Below, piece after piece: positions 24,712-38,306 of a stretch of 64,000 bases of DNA. The DNA is taken from positions 434,001 through 498,000 of the forward strand of contig OY253686.1 in NCBI GenBank assembly GCA_958009085.1, read 5' to 3'. This DNA comes from Protoeuglena noctilucae (lineage: Eukaryota). Both the position numbers and the translations under genes were made by a program. The first letter of the stretch is position 1. Each line of letters opens with the position of its first letter. Below the pieces are notes generated by a model. That model saw only the letters and a program-made list of their open reading frames with translations, did not search any database and was not told the DNA's origin.

Positions 24712-26550
24712 ATGGCGGAGCTTGATCGGGAGACGTTTGTGAATAGCGGGGCGACTCAGAGGCAGGAGGTGAGGGTTGCGGGCCGTCGCCGGTCCCGGCG
24801 ATCCGCCGCAGGGAGGGCTGGCGACGCGTTCAACTCCTTTCATGCATTTGTGCCTGTCTGCTCCATTCCGGCCCATCGCCACACGACAGCATATACGACG
24901 TTGCTTCGCAGAGGGCGATGGTGGAGGGCGTGGACTTCCTCGACCTGACAAACTCACATCTGCACTCGCTGGACGCCGTTGAACTCCCCGAGGTGCGCCA
25001 GCGGTCCCTGTCCCGGCCAATGTCGCGCCATGCACCCGTGATTTGCCCGTATGAGGTTTTCGGCGCGCCTGACCTCGCCCTTCGCCCGCGGTGCAGTCGC
25101 TAACGGAGCTGGACTTCACCGCCAACCGCTTCAAAGAGTTCGACGCGCGCGTCCTTGCCCTGCCTCGCCTCCGAGTCCTGTCCTACCGGCAGAACCTGTT
25201 GGAGGACGCCTCCGCCGTCACGCAGCTGCAGTTGCTCAGCGTCCTGCAGGAGTTGGTCTTGCACGACAACCTCCTCAAGGAGCTGCCCTCCCTCGCCGGT
25301 AGGGCGCTCGCGTCGATCGTGACATCGCGTTTGCGGCTCGCGCAGCTGCCTGGCCGTCCCGAGCCTCAGCTCTCTCGTCTCGCATGCAGGGCTCACTGCG
25401 CTGACCAAGCTCGACGCGAGCTTCAACGAGATCAAGAGCTCGCAGCCCCTGACGACGCTCGGCGAGCACCGGAATCTCCGGGAGCTCTACCTGGCGCAGA
25501 ACAAGCTGAAGGACATGGAGGGGCTGGACAAGCTCACGGGGCTGCAGATGCTGGAAATGGGCAGCAACCGCATTCGCGTCATTGAGGGGCTGGGGGCCCT
25601 TAAGAGCCTCGAGGGTTTGTGGCTGGGGCGCAACCGCATCTCGGAGATATCGGGACTGGCGGCCCTGACCAATCTGCGCAGGATATCGCTCCAGGCGAGG
25701 GCCCGATGGGAGCGCGCATGCCAGTCCCCGCAGGGGCGGGCTCGTGTTGCGGGCTGAGACGTGCGGTCGAGGGTGCTTTGTCCACCTCCCCTGCTGCTGG
25801 CTTTATGGCGTGCCGGGGCAGCCCCAGCGGAGTTGCGTAGTCCATCCGTCGCACCTTGGCCCGAACTGGGCCCTCTGCTGTGCCCTGCAGACCAATCGGC
25901 TGGAGAGTATGCGCGGTGTGGGATGTTTGTTGGCGCTGGAGGAGCTCTACCTGTCATTCAATGGGATCAAAGTGATTGAGGATTTGGAGCGGTTGACGCG
26001 TTTGAGGGTACTCGACTTGGGCAAGAACATGGTGGAAAAGGCGAGAGGGGTTTGGGACACGACCCATCGTTTGCAGTGCCTGTCTCGTGTCTTTGCCATC
26101 GGCAGCTCCGCCGCGCCGTGCATGCGCCGACCACGCCGTCCGTTGTGACCTGCAGATTTCGGGTCTGCGGGGGCTGCGCAACCTGGAGGATTTGTGGCTG
26201 AACGACAACAGCGTGACGGGCACGATGGAGGATGTGGAGAGGGAGTTGGCGGACCAGAAACAGACCCTCAGTGAGTACGCACGACATGCGGGTGGCCGCA
26301 CGGGGCTGCCAGGAAGCGGCTGGGCGGCTGAACATCGTCGTGGGCCTATCGCATCTCCCGCTGCGCTGAGAGAGGGACGAACGCTGACAGCAGCATGCAC
26401 CCGGTACCCGCAGTCTCGCTGTACCTGGAGCGCAACCCGATCGTGCAGTCGATCGGGCCCAACTACGAGCGCCTCGTGTTCGCCGCCTTCCCCAAGCTGG
26501 ACCAGCTCGACTCGGACCGTTTCCGGCACGGCACGGTGTCAGCACGCTAG
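24712..26550 (+). CDS. SDS22: SDS22-like LRR protein (protein phosphatase 1 regulatory subunit 7)
   Basis: Serial LRRs (LTELDFTANRF, LQELVLHDNLL, LRELYLAQNKL, LEMGSNRIRVIEGL, LWLGRNRI, LEELYLSFNGI, LEDLWLNDNSV) and an LRR cap YLERNP...PKLDQLD. Confidence 0.85.
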
Positions 26551-26785
26551 CGTTTCTGATCACCACTGGCGGTGTGCCAGTGGTGCAGGTCTAACTTCGC
26601 ACAGGGGCATCCGCCCGGGTTGGCATGTAGCGCATGGACTGCCAGGAGCGGCTAGAGCCGAGCAGGCGCGTCGCACCGAGCGGGCGGGTTGAACGCTCGC
26701 GCCCTCCGCCCCGGCGACGCCGCGCCGTGGTGTTTCCCCTGCCGGCGATCCCCGGTGAAAGTCCGTCGTGAGACACAGCTCCAGG

Positions 26786-27878
26786 ATGGGGCAACATTTT
26801 GAGGAGTTCCTCCAAGGTGGGGCATTGCTGCCTCGTCTTCCGTGGCCCAACTGCCTCGCCGCTCGCGCTTCGTCGCGCGCGTTTCGCTCCTTCGCGTTCG
26901 GGCGACGGAAACTAGCGCGCGTGATGCATTGGTTTGATAGCCGGCGAGGCCAACGGGATGCGGGGCGCGCGCGCTCGGCCCCGGGATGCGTAGGGTACCG
27001 GACGCGTGCGAGAGCTACGGTGCACATCGCGCGCGCAGGGATCAAGATTTACACGTGTGGGACGTGCCGCTGCCACACCGCGGTGAGCATTTCTCCTGAG
27101 CGGCTTTGCGTAGCGGGCTCGGTCGCATGGCCTAGGAAGCGCACAGAGGGTGTGGGTGCCCTGCCGCGAGCGGACCCCTATCCGACGTCTGTGACCGAAA
27201 TGGGACGCGTCATGTAGAGCAAGTCTATGCGCGACCTTTGCTCGTGTTGCAGACGCGTGCATTCGCATGCCGTGCCGCCCGTGCCTTGCGTCTCTCCCTG
27301 TGGCCGCTCACGCCTCGCAAACCTCGCGCGTTCCGGCTGCAGGATCACGACCACATCATGTCAAAGGCGTTCCAGGGGCGCCATGGTCGGGCCTACCTGT
27401 TTAGCAACGTCGTCAACGTCAGGCTCGGGACGCCGGTGAGGGCTCAGCAAAGCTGAGCCCGCCCACAGGCAACTCTGTCCTCCGTCAGCCGAGCCTCCTG
27501 GCCCCAGCACCCCTGCATGTCGTCCTGATACGCTTGAGAGACTGTCGAGCTCGCATGGCGCCATGCATTGCAGGAAGACCGCCACCTCATTACAGGCCGG
27601 CACACGGTGGCCGACATCCACTGCGCGTGCTGCAACACGGTGCTCGGATGGAAGTACCAGAAGGCCTACGAGAGCAGCCAGAAGGCGAGCTGGCGACAGC
27701 AGAGAGACCCTGGGACGGGGGCAGCAGATAACTGCGGTGGGGCTGTGGGCCACGGTTGTGTTCGGCCCATGGTTTGATGATTTCATCGAATCAAGCACCT
27801 GCGTCTGCGCGATCGCAGTACAAGGAAGGCAAATTCATCCTCGAGAAGGCCTTGGTCAACCGGGAGGGCGCGTGGTGA
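26786..27878 (+). CDS. Yippee/YPEL zinc-binding protein (5 exons)
   Basis: [112 protein letters not shown]. Confidence 0.96.
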
Positions 27879-28154
27879 GGGCACTCGCCCACTCTCTGCA
27901 GGAGGGCGATGGTCGCGCTCAGGCTGAGCCCTCCTGAGGCTCGCGGCGTGGCAGTTTACAACGCCTTAGCAGCCCTTTTTTTCCAGTTTAAGGGGCACCC
28001 GTCCCTGCGCATGCACGAGCCAGCCAGCGCATCGCACAATGCGCACTGCCTAGGTTCCCCGCATCAGGCGCTGCTTTGAGAATTGAAAAACGATTGGTAC
28101 AAAAATGTGACGGAAACGTTCTCTAAACCGCAGCATCTGCCTCTCGCGCGGCGC

Positions 28155-30085
28155 TCACGAGGCCAGGGACTGCTCGCGCCGCCGCAGGTACTCCGCCTCG
28201 AGTCCCCTCGTGCCACCCTCGAAGCTCGGCGCCATCAGGCGGAAGAGACCCTCCGGGTTGTCCGCGTGGACCCAGTGCCCCGCATCCTCGAGCAGGTGCA
28301 CGCTCGCGCCCATAGAGGCCAGAAGGTCCACGTCGCGTCCGGCCCACCGGAACGTCGACCGCTCCGCCCGCACGAAATTCAAATCCAGGCCCTCGGGCGC
28401 CTGGCTCACGAAGGGCCACAAGTCCGTGTCCTGGTACGACTGCGGGACGGCGAGAGCCCGGGTTGGTAATGCGGGTATCGGGAGCATGGTTCGCATCCTG
28501 GCGCGGCGGTTGCCAGAAAACGCTGGTGCGTTGGTCGGAGCGGTCCCAAGCACTCGCCTGGTACATCTCCGCGATGCCGTCCAGGTTGAAGGCCCACCCC
28601 AGCGCGTGCTGCCCCTGTCCCTGGCCGTGGGATATGGATAAGGGCCGCAGGTTGGTGGTCATCCAACGCGCGACGTCGATCGAGAAGCCGTGCCCTGCAG
28701 GGGTTGCCAGGCGGGTGGCAAGGTGAGGCGAGCAGCCTCAGAGCAAGGGCGGCATGTTCATCACTTAGCTCGTGCCCTGCATGGGCCAAGGGTGTGAGGC
28801 AAGCAGCAAGAGCCAAGGCGGGATGCTGTGAAGGGCTACTGCATATCACGAGTTTGCTCTAGTATTCCTAGATTGTTCAGTCTAGCTACGGCATCGACCT
28901 CGCCTGTCAAGTACTCCACGAGGTCCTGGCGCCGCTTCACAGGCGTCGGGAACTCTTGAAGTCTTCGAATCAAATCCTCCGGATGGTCCTCTCGGTTGGG
29001 GCCGCCCACAAAGACCTGGCCCGGGACTGCACAGGGGTTGAAGGCGGGAAGCGTGAACGTGTTGCAAGGTTTTCGAGTACGGGCCCCTGATTAGCCTGCC
29101 CCAGTAAGCGAAGCAAGCGAAGCAGCACCGGCTCCTCATCTTGCTTGTCACGAGACTCACCGTGTCAAGAGTACCGAGCCACAAATGTGCTAGCTTGTCA
29201 TGGGACATGACTCACCGGTGTCGAGCACCCAGACGTCCACGCGCCGGGGCAGCCGGGTGCGCCCTCCCGATACGGGCGCCCGCTCGGCGAACTGCCGCGC
29301 CATGCTGAGGACGACCTTGCCCCCGAACGAGTGCCCGATGAGCACGTTCGGGAAGAGCTTGAGGCGAGAGAGCAAGGCCAGGATGTCAGCCGCGCTCTGG
29401 TCCACCGTGTGAGGGCCCTCGGCGCGGGGGTACAGCTGCGCCGCTTCCCCGTGGTTCCTGCGAAGGGGGATCTTGGATCGAGCGGTCGGATATGGAATCA
29501 ACATGATGCGCAATTCGGCTCGCCACGGTCCCCGCCAAGCGTCGCATGACAGGTCGTTGTCTGGTGGATCCGCAGTGCGCATGAAAGGCAAGGTGTAGAG
29601 ACTTAAGGTGCCCTGCATATGCATGTGCACATAAAGAACAACTGACACGCACAGTGGCCCGCGGGACGCACCTGAGGTCGACTAACACGACCTGCCAGGC
29701 CGGGAAGTCCCTCAGGATGCGTAATGCGTAATTCTGGAGGTTCTTGCGACTCCCGAGGATCCCGTGCACAAGGACTGCCGTGGGCGGGGAGTGAGCCCGG
29801 ACGGACTCGGGAGAGCTGAACTTGAGCAGCGAACCCTGTGCGTGCGCACGTGAGGTGAGGGTGAGCCGAGGTTCCGGAGCGAACACCAAGCTCCACCTCA
29901 AGCATGGTACCAAGTGAAAGCGTGCGAAAATGGCAGCCTTTGGGAGAGTGCGGAGAGGGCCGGGGAAGCGGGGCGGGCGAGGAAGACCAAGAGCCTCCAC
30001 GGCACGGTGCGGGGATATCAAAAGCCACGTGCCGACATGCGGAAGGCTGCGGCGCGACGGGCGAGATGGGGCGCATCTTATGCAA
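28155..30085 (-). CDS. Alpha/beta hydrolase, ABHD11-like
   Basis: VLVHGILGSRKN, VDLR|NHG, nucleophile elbow GHSFGGKV, VWVLDT|VPGQV...EDHPEDLI, GFSIDVARWMTTNL, DAGHWVHADNPEGL. Start position is uncertain. Confidence 0.9.
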
Positions 30086-30971
30086 GGATGCGGTCAGACA
30101 TGCGTTCTAGATGTCACCTGCAGGATTTCGAACGCGACAGGCGACGCATTGGCGGTGTAGGTGACACGAGGGGCCGTGGGCGTCTCGCTCGCGACCCCTG
30201 CGGCAAGCGCGATGCACCGTCCAGCACACGACCGATGAGACCATGCTGGGAACGCTGCGTGAAAAGGGCACATGCGTCGGGATCGCGCGCTTAGGGGCAC
30301 GTGCACGCCACGCACAGGCGCAATGCAGCGCTGCCGATCGCACAGGGTCGACGCGGCGGCCTGCGAGAAGCATACCTCTCGGAGCGGCGATACCGGTGGC
30401 CGAGGGATGCCGCCACCCGCAGTCGCGGCCGCTCGTGGAGGCGAGGGGCGTCATGACGCGCGCCGCATGCATCTTGGGCACACTCGACGCGCCCGAGGTC
30501 CACCGCATGCTCTGAGCGAGTCTATTCGACAGCGACGAGAACCCACAAGACGTCGGGGAGGCCGTCTGGCCGTCCAATCTCCCTGCGCCGCACACCACGC
30601 TGGCGCAGGAAAATCCGCCCGACTTGCTGCACCAGGTCGTCAGCAAAGCGCGTCGTGGCACTCTTGTAATCGTAAGCATAAAGGGCGACGGAGAGGGGCA
30701 AGCGGCTGGCGTGGATTTCGGATCACAGCCCCCCGCCTGAGCCAGCGGCGACGCAGCGCGGCTTGCTGCGTTCACGCACGGCGCCTGCGTCAAATTTGCT
30801 TCCACGGTTGTAGACCGCGTGGGCCGCGGGCCACGTCAGGCGGCTTGCCCTTGCAGGAGTGCGGCGTCACGACAAATTGCTGAATTGACGCGAAGCTCGC
30901 TGACAGCGTTACGTCGGTTACTTGTTTGGGGAGCTGGGCGGCGAGTTGGCGGGCCGGGCCGCCCGGCCACG

Positions 30972-32741
30972 ATGGACATCATCACCACGCCACCGTGCTG
31001 CGAGCTGCCCTCGCAAAGGGCTCCGGCTTCCGTCCCGGTGCCACGAGGTCCACCCATCGCCGTTGTCTTCCTCCCAGCGGAGCAGGGCGTGAAACTCGCG
31101 GTCGACACGACGAGAGCCAAGCGTGCGTCATCCTTGGAGGATGACGGCGCTCGTCTGGGGCCAGGGACGGGTCGGGTCTTGAGAAGGTGTGTAAGCGCGC
31201 GTGGCACGTCTCCGTGCCGCACCTCTCGTGCTACTTCCCTCGAGTGCATGCGTCACGGAAGCCGCTGCGGCCCTTTTGCAGGCAAGGGGTGGCGCTGCGG
31301 CTCGCGTCCCTGGAGCATTTTGCCTTCGAGATCTTCGTCATCAATGTCAGGAGATGCATCATGGCTTTCCTCGTCATCTGCGACCTTGCCGTCTTTGCTA
31401 CGTACCTCGGGGCAGGTGACCGTCGCCTGCCCCTGCGGCTAGCTAGTGAGTGCGCACAGCCGGGTGCCCTCACGCACAATCGCTACCTCTGGCCTCTCTT
31501 CCCACGCGCAGACCTGGCGGGAAAGCGCCCGAAGGGTTCGGACCCCTTCAAGCACGGCTCGCTCACGTCGTGGCAGCGCTTCTGCGCCCCCGTGCGCTCC
31601 TTTACCCTGTCGGCCCTGGTCGGCCAGTGCGTGCTCGACGTGGCGCTCCTTTTCGCGGTCATCTGCTGCTCCCTCACGCTCTGCCGAGTGTTCATGATCG
31701 GGGACTTCATGCGCGTGAGCGTGCAGCTCGCGTCCGGCGTGTCCCCGCTCCTCATCTACCGGTTCGCCTTCACCCTCATGGCCCTGCGCCTCGGTGAGCA
31801 CCCGTGGGGGCGACGCGAGCGACGAGTGCGATGCTTCGCCAACCCTGCTTACACTGCTTTGCGCGAGAGCGAGGCTGGACCTCGCCCTACCCCACCCTGG
31901 CCTCCCCAAGACAGACTCGGCCTTGCTTTGACTCATCCTGGCCCCCCGTGTTTGTCCGCAGCGCAAAACGTGCTCTTCCTGTGGGGCCTCTGGGCGACGA
32001 TCCGCGCCGCGCACCCGCCCGCGCGGCTGGTGCCCGACTGGCGCTTCCAGCTCTTCAAGGTCTCCACCACGCGAACTTACGTCAATGAGCTCATCCGCTT
32101 GCGCCAGCGGCAGGAACAAGAACAGAGCCAGCGCCCGGAAAGGGAGATGACGCTGTTCGAGCGGTACATGCAGCTGACGCGAGAGAGCCAGCGCCGGGAG
32201 AGCGATGCGTCGCGGCTGCAGCGGCACCTGCGCATACTGGAAGAACACCGGCAGAGGCAACAGGAGGCGGGGTGAGTGCGCAAGGAATTCTGCACAGCTG
32301 CCGGCGACTGATCTTCACTGGGAGATAGGCTTGCAGCCTTCTGTCATGTTGGTACTGACATATCATGCACTTGTGCCCGCTGGTGGGTGCAGGGCACGCG
32401 CAAACGGGGATGTCGAGGCGGGGAATATCGAGGTCGCGAGGCGAGACCCCACGGCAGAGAGGCGGGACCAACCCACAGCCACAACAGCTGGGCAGGACCC
32501 GCCCACAACAGCCAGGCAAGGCGGGCCAAGGTCGGCAGAGTGGGGGTTCGCGAGCATCTCGGACAGCCTCTCCTGGCTCTGGCAGTACGGCACGCGCTTG
32601 ATGTGGTCATCGCCACACAATGCGTCGGGAGTTCCATCGACGGTGGACCAAATGGGAAGGCCGAGGCCACCAGAGGTGCGTGAAGCCACGAACGGGGCAT
32701 CCGGCCCAGGCCATTCCCAAGCCCCTGACCCTCTTCCTTAG
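30972..32741 (+). CDS. Multi-pass membrane protein of unknown function with coiled-coil tail
   Basis: Exons with hydrophobic runs (IMAFLVICDLAVFATYLGA, VLDVALLFAVICCSLTL, LLIYRFAFTLMAL, VLFLWGLW), then an R/Q/E-rich helix. Bounded by GT-AG introns. Confidence 0.6.
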
Positions 32742-33105
32742 CCTGTCTCGGGGCCCAGCTCGGGCTCCCGTTGATCACCACATAGTACCCCTAGCCCAGG
32801 CCCCTCGCAAGCCTCCCAACCTGCCTCTCCGGAGCCCCGGTTCGGTTTCCCGTTGACACGATCAACACCAGCATCAGTGCCTCGGAGTCTCTGCATTGAC
32901 TTTTGAGTGTCACTGCTCCGGCCAGCAATCCCGTACTTAGCTGCCATGACGAGCGATTCGCATCTCATGTGCCGGCAAGGCATGCCATATGCTTATGCAT
33001 TCCAGCACGCGTCTTTGTTCAATACACGTAGCCGTGCTTATGCACCCCCACCCGCGGGGCCATCGAGTTGAATTGGAATAAACTACGCTGTTTGGTGGGA
33101 CACGC

Positions 33106-34031
33106 TCACCACGATGTCCCCACCCCGACCCCGCCGCCCATGTGCCCGCCACCCATTTCCTTCTCGTCACGCGCACCTCCGCGGGGCGCACCGCCCGCAT
33201 TGCCGCGGCTCGGGGGGGCCGGGGAGGCCCTGGGCGCGCCGCCGGCGTTACCATGGCTCGGCCCTGCTGCGGAAGAGGCGGTCCGGGGCGCGCCGCCCGT
33301 GTTGCGCCCTGCCCCGCTGCGATCCGACCAGGTCGTTCCCACCGCAGTGCCCCCGCGCATGTTCCCTCCGCCCATCTGCTTGTCGTTGCGGACTGTGTCG
33401 GTCCAACGGCCGCCAATTCCGCGGCTGCCGGAGGTGGTGGTGGCCGTGGTTGTCGTCCCGCTCGTCATGCCCGCGGCCATCGCACCCAGCACTCCCGTCG
33501 CCGCGCCGGCCATGAACTGCGGGGTCGCGTGCAGGCAAGGAGTCCATACGCAGGTCCAGACCAGCACAAGCGCGCTCTCTAAGCAAAGGACCCTCACCTC
33601 TCCGAACCCGCCGTATCCTGCATTCGACCGATACCTCGCGTCACGGTCGTACCGGTCGTACTGGTAGCCACGGTCGTAACGCGACGGATACTCGTCGTAC
33701 ACTGCGGGCGCATGTGCGGCATGGTTGGGCTCGTCTCCGAGAGGCCGCCGCCGATAAGTAACGACGATCCGCATTGGGCATGCAACCATTTACTTGCCGC
33801 CCACGGCTCCGGCGCAGCCATCGGGCGGTCACGCATGGTTCGCCAGTCAAAGCGCCGAGGCAATGTGAACGAACCTCGCGTGTGCTCCACGTAGGTCGTC
33901 CTGCGTCCTCCAAGCACGACGACGAGCACGATGATCAGCACGACGACGAGGAATATGAGGATCGCGGTCCCGTTGTCGACGGACGACTCGCGGGCGTTGA
34001 GCAGCATCCGAGACGAACCTTGGCCCTCCAT
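33106..34031 (-). CDS. Single-TM protein with Tyr/Arg-rich segment and Gly-rich tail ending GTSW
   Basis: TM AILIFLVVVLIIVLVVVLGG, then YDEYPSRYDRGYQYDRY, then FMAGAATGVLGAMAA, ending GGGHMGGGVGVGTSW*. Confidence 0.65.
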
Positions 34032-34435
34032 GCTCGCGCCTAAGGACGTAACTCCCCCAACAGGGATCGTAGACTGTCCTCAAGCAGTATCGATCAGGCT
34101 GCAGCGACGGAGGGAGGCGGGGAGGGTGCACAACTCGGCGACAAGGCTGCGGCCTTGTTATGGGTTACAGCTCCGGCCAGGAGGGGAAGCAGCCAATTCT
34201 TACCTGGAGCTGAAGCTTCGAGAATCAGCTATGCTTGCTGGCGTGACGACGAAGCGGGAAATGAGCAGGCTGTCCTGGCAAGGCGCTGCCAGTTTTGGGG
34301 AGGGTGGCTGAGGGGTTCACGATTCTTCAAGGCTCCTACGATGGAACTGTGCATCTAAAGGGCAGAAGTTCGACTGTGACTACCTTGCACTGCAGATCTG
34401 TCCACGCGCCATGCAAGCTACGCCTTGCTATGCGG

Positions 34436-36653
34436 CTATGCACGATAGGCCGGGGTGCTGTAGCACTCGTGCCCCAGGCAGTACCCGATGCTGTTGACGG
34501 CGTACTCAATGGCCCTCGCGAGGCCCACGTCCTGCGATTGCAACGCAACCACGCGCGCAGTCCAGCGATGCACCTGCCTAGGCGTCGCCAGGGTATGTAA
34601 TGTTGTGTGTCACCGCAAAGCCACTCTGCTCACCCGCACGTCCGCCTTGAAGTCGTCCTGGATGCCTTGGATCTTGGCCCGCTGCAGGTACCGCTCCGCT
34701 CCCTTGCCCGTGGCGATGGCCAAAGTGCGGTCCGACCCCCGGCCCTCCTTCTCGATGAACAGGAGGATGCCGTTGTTGCAGCCCGAGTCCCCGAGGCCCC
34801 AGCTCGAGACGACGTCGCTGGCGAAGCGCGCGCCCCTCTCCCAGGTGGCGTAGTTTTTCTGAAAGCAAGCGACCCAAGCCGGGCTAGGCGGCTGCGGCGA
34901 GGTGCGCCGTGCGCAGCGAGCTCGCCTGAAGCAGCCCTGTCTTCCGTCTCACCATGTAGGACGGGCTCATCTTGTCGACAATCAGGACGCCGACCTGCGG
35001 GGTCGTCAGTCGGGGCAGCCGTCATTGCAACGTAACCCAGGCATAGCGCTTGCATGGCTCAGAGCGCGACAGCGACTCAGGAGCAGCGAGAACGGTTGAA
35101 GCCTCCAGCCCGCACTGGTCGCACCGCGACACATGTGCAACTGGGGAAAGCCCAAGGCACTCGCAAGGCACTCGCAGTGGGTCATACCTGGAAGCCGTAC
35201 CGGTTCCACCCCGTGCAAGGGTCCGCGATGTTGGTTCCCCGGGCATTGCGAATGTCCACCAGCATGCTGTCGATCGACTTGATCTCCGCCGCCGTCAGGT
35301 AACCGTCCGGGTCGCAGATGTTGGTCCGGAGGGAGCCCGTGCCGCACCCCTGCCTGCGAGGCGACCGAGGGTGGCCGGCCGGACGTCAAGGCAACGACGC
35401 GACGCATCGTGCTGCAAAGAAGTCAGGGCAGAAGTTACGACACAGAGAGTTTCACTTGGTGAGCAAGGCGCGGGTCCTCACGGGTTCTTGTCGGGCCTGG
35501 GGATGTCCTTCGGCTGACAACCCACGCTGCAAAGGGTCCCGGGCTGGTAGGCTGGCTTCCCGTAGCAGCTGTGTCCCAGGCACCTGCGCGCACGGCCTCA
35601 TGTTCCACGGATGATACAGGCACAACTGGTGAGCTATGCGGCCGTCTGTGCCTGGCCAAGGTGCGAGGCGTATCATGCATCTGTACGCACCAGCCGATGT
35701 TGTGGATGGCGTTGTACAGTGCGCCCTCGAGAGACTCCCCTGCCTGCGCGTGGGTGGGTGGGCTAGGGAGCTATTGCTTGACAAGCACATGGCAGGGTGT
35801 CACGGGGTGTCGGCGCTGAGCCGCTGGTGCGACCATCGCCGCGCGTCATATCACCCGCATGTCGGCCACGAAGTCGCTCTCGATCCCCGATATCTTCTCC
35901 TTCTGGAGATACGGCGCGGCACCCTTGCCGGCGACGATGGCGAAGGCGCGACCGTAGCCCCACCCCTCCGTCTCGACCAGGACCAGGATGCCTGCGAGCG
36001 ACCCGGTAGTGTTTTCTTCAAGCATCCGAGGACGCGTGAAAGAAAGGAGCGCGCCGCGCCCTCACCGTTGTTGCACCGCGCGTCCCCGAGCCCCCAGTTG
36101 TTCGCCACGTCCGTCGCGAACTGGACCCCCTTCGCAGCCGCAGACGACCCGCTCTTGTAGTTGTAGTCGATCTTCCTCAAGAGAACCACGGCGACCTGCG
36201 AGGGCGCGGCGGGTCGTCGACACGGCGCCTGCAAGGTCAGGCTGCACCATGCGTGCCGTGCGCCCTCGCCTGGAAGCCAAAGGAGCCGCTGCAGGGATCG
36301 ATGATGTAGTCTCCATGTCCGATGCGAATGTTTGTGAGCATCTCGTCGATCGTGTCTGCGGCAGGGCGGCGAAGAGGCTTTGGACTTTGCCGGGCGAGGC
36401 ACATGGGCGATGGACAGAGGCTAGGTACACGCCGCTAGTCTCCCGCTGGCACCAACGCGGCTGGCGCACCGAGCCACGACAAGGACAGAAGCTCGTCGGG
36501 GTCGCACACGCTCGCGCGCAAGCCCTCGGTCCCGCACGTATATCGGTCGCGGTCAGGCTTGGGGATGTCCCCAGGGCGACATCCGTACGAGCAGAGCGCC
36601 GCAGCCGTGCCGGCCAGGGCGGCAAGGGCGCAGAGGGCGGCCGCCCACCGCAT
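34436..36653 (-). CDS. Secreted protein with two tandem MOLO1/TPM-like domains (about 10 exons)
   Basis: Signal peptide MRWAAALCALAALAGTAAA. Repeat 1: DIPKPD...SVCDPDELLS...DPC...FQ|VAVVLLRKI...FATDVANNWGLGDARCNN|GILVLV...AGKGA. Repeat 2: DIPRPD...NICDPDGYLT...DPC...FQ|VGVLIVDKM...FASDVVSSWGLGDSGCNNGILLFI...TGKGA. Ends YCLGHECYSTPAYRA*. Confidence 0.8.
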
Positions 36654-36943
36654 GTCGCAGGACAAGAACGCAGCCGTCGCCGACTGCCCGATAAAATACT
36701 CAGGATGAGAATGCTTCGAGTCCCCTGAGCTTTAGAGGGGCCGTTCTGCCAAAGCGCCGATAATCGGCGTCAACGCTTGGGGTTGACCCCTGTTCCTGGC
36801 GGGCATCGCCGGCGAAATCGACACCAGGCAACCCGCCGCCGTCCCGACCACTTTCAAGCGCCGATTAAGCCACGCTTGCTCGATTGATACTGCGCCTTGC
36901 CCCCGCGCGGGCCGTCCAGAGCGCTTTGTGCGCAAGGGCCTCC

Positions 36944-38306
36944 ATGTGCGGAGGTGAGTGGCTTTGCGGTGCCATTAATTCTTTCCACGGCCAGCGCGCT
37001 GCGGTCGCGGGGTCATGGTGCGCGAGCTGCCCGGCGAACGCCAGGGGCAATGAATGGTGTCCCTCTTCGCTCTCCGCCTCGCCCCCTTTTCCCGTCGACG
37101 CTCTCCATGCGTTTTGTTGGGGGTCTGAAGTACTGGAGAGGCGGCGTCGGGCGACGACGTGCTAGCGCGCGGCGCCAAGGCCACACGACGCTCGAGACAT
37201 GCTCTCTGCCCCTCCCGCGCCCCGCAGGCGTCGGGCCGGGCGGATCCGCCGCCAGCGACTTTGAGACGTTCACGAGTTTGGCTCCGATCGAATTTTGGAG
37301 CGGAACGTGCGAAGTCAAGACCGTCACGCCCTGCCCAGCCTGCCAAAAGCTCTGCAAGGTGGGACTCGGATCGCTCGGTCCCCGCCGGTCTGGGGGAGCT
37401 CCACGATCGGCGAATAATTCTCCTTGCATTCTTCTGCGCGTGCAGGGGGCTCAGGGCCTGGAGGACCACTTGCGGACCAAGCACCCGGAGCTGACCTCAC
37501 TCCTCCCGTTCAACAGCAAGGGCTTCATCACGCACGAGCATCGCGCCTGCGCCTCCTGCGGACGCATCTTCACGTCACTTCAGGGCGCATCGGACCACGC
37601 GGCCGCGACCGGGCACGTCCTACTCGGGCCCGGGCAGGTCCCGCCCGTGCCGGTCCCGCCGCCCGCCTCCGGAGCCCTCTGGACCCCGCCGGCGCCGTTC
37701 GAGGAGCAGCATCTGCTGCAGGCGCTGGCGTGCTCCGCTCCGCCCCCGCCCGTCCCGCCCGCGGCCCCGGCCCCGCGCCCGGCGCCGCCCCCGCGCCCGT
37801 CCGATGATACGAGCGCGGCCATGCAGCTGCAGCTCACGATCGACCACCTGCGCATCGCCGGGCTGACTCAGGCCATCCACGACGCGGTCGGGAGCCTCGC
37901 GGTGCTCGAGACAGGCGCCTGGGGCGGCCGCGACGAGGTCCGCACCACCGCGGCACAGGCACGGGCGGCGCTCCAGCTGGCCCTGGCCACAGCGTCACCC
38001 CAGCAGGACACCTCGTTGGACCGCGCGTCGCTCCGCCCGCGGCCCTCGCGACCCAGCGAGGAGTGGGCCATTACGGAACCCGTCTCTGCGTACAGCGAGC
38101 GCGCCGCGCCTCGCGCCCCGCGCCCGGCCAAGGAAGCCCTCGCCCAGCACCCGTGGGCCGTCCTCGCGAACTCCGTGGCGCCCCGCGAGCGCAGCTCCTG
38201 GGACGCGGCGCGGCCGGCGCAGGCTCCCCCGGCGCTGCCCGCGGACATGGACACGTGGGGGGTCATGATGGCCCTGTACAACTCGGCTGGCATGGGCAGC
38301 AACTGA
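36944..38306 (+). CDS. C2H2 zinc-finger protein with Pro-rich region
   Basis: CPACQKLCK|GAQGLEDHLRTKH and CASCGRIFTSLQGASDHAAATGH. The short first exon MCG followed by a GTGAGT donor is inferred. Confidence 0.7.
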
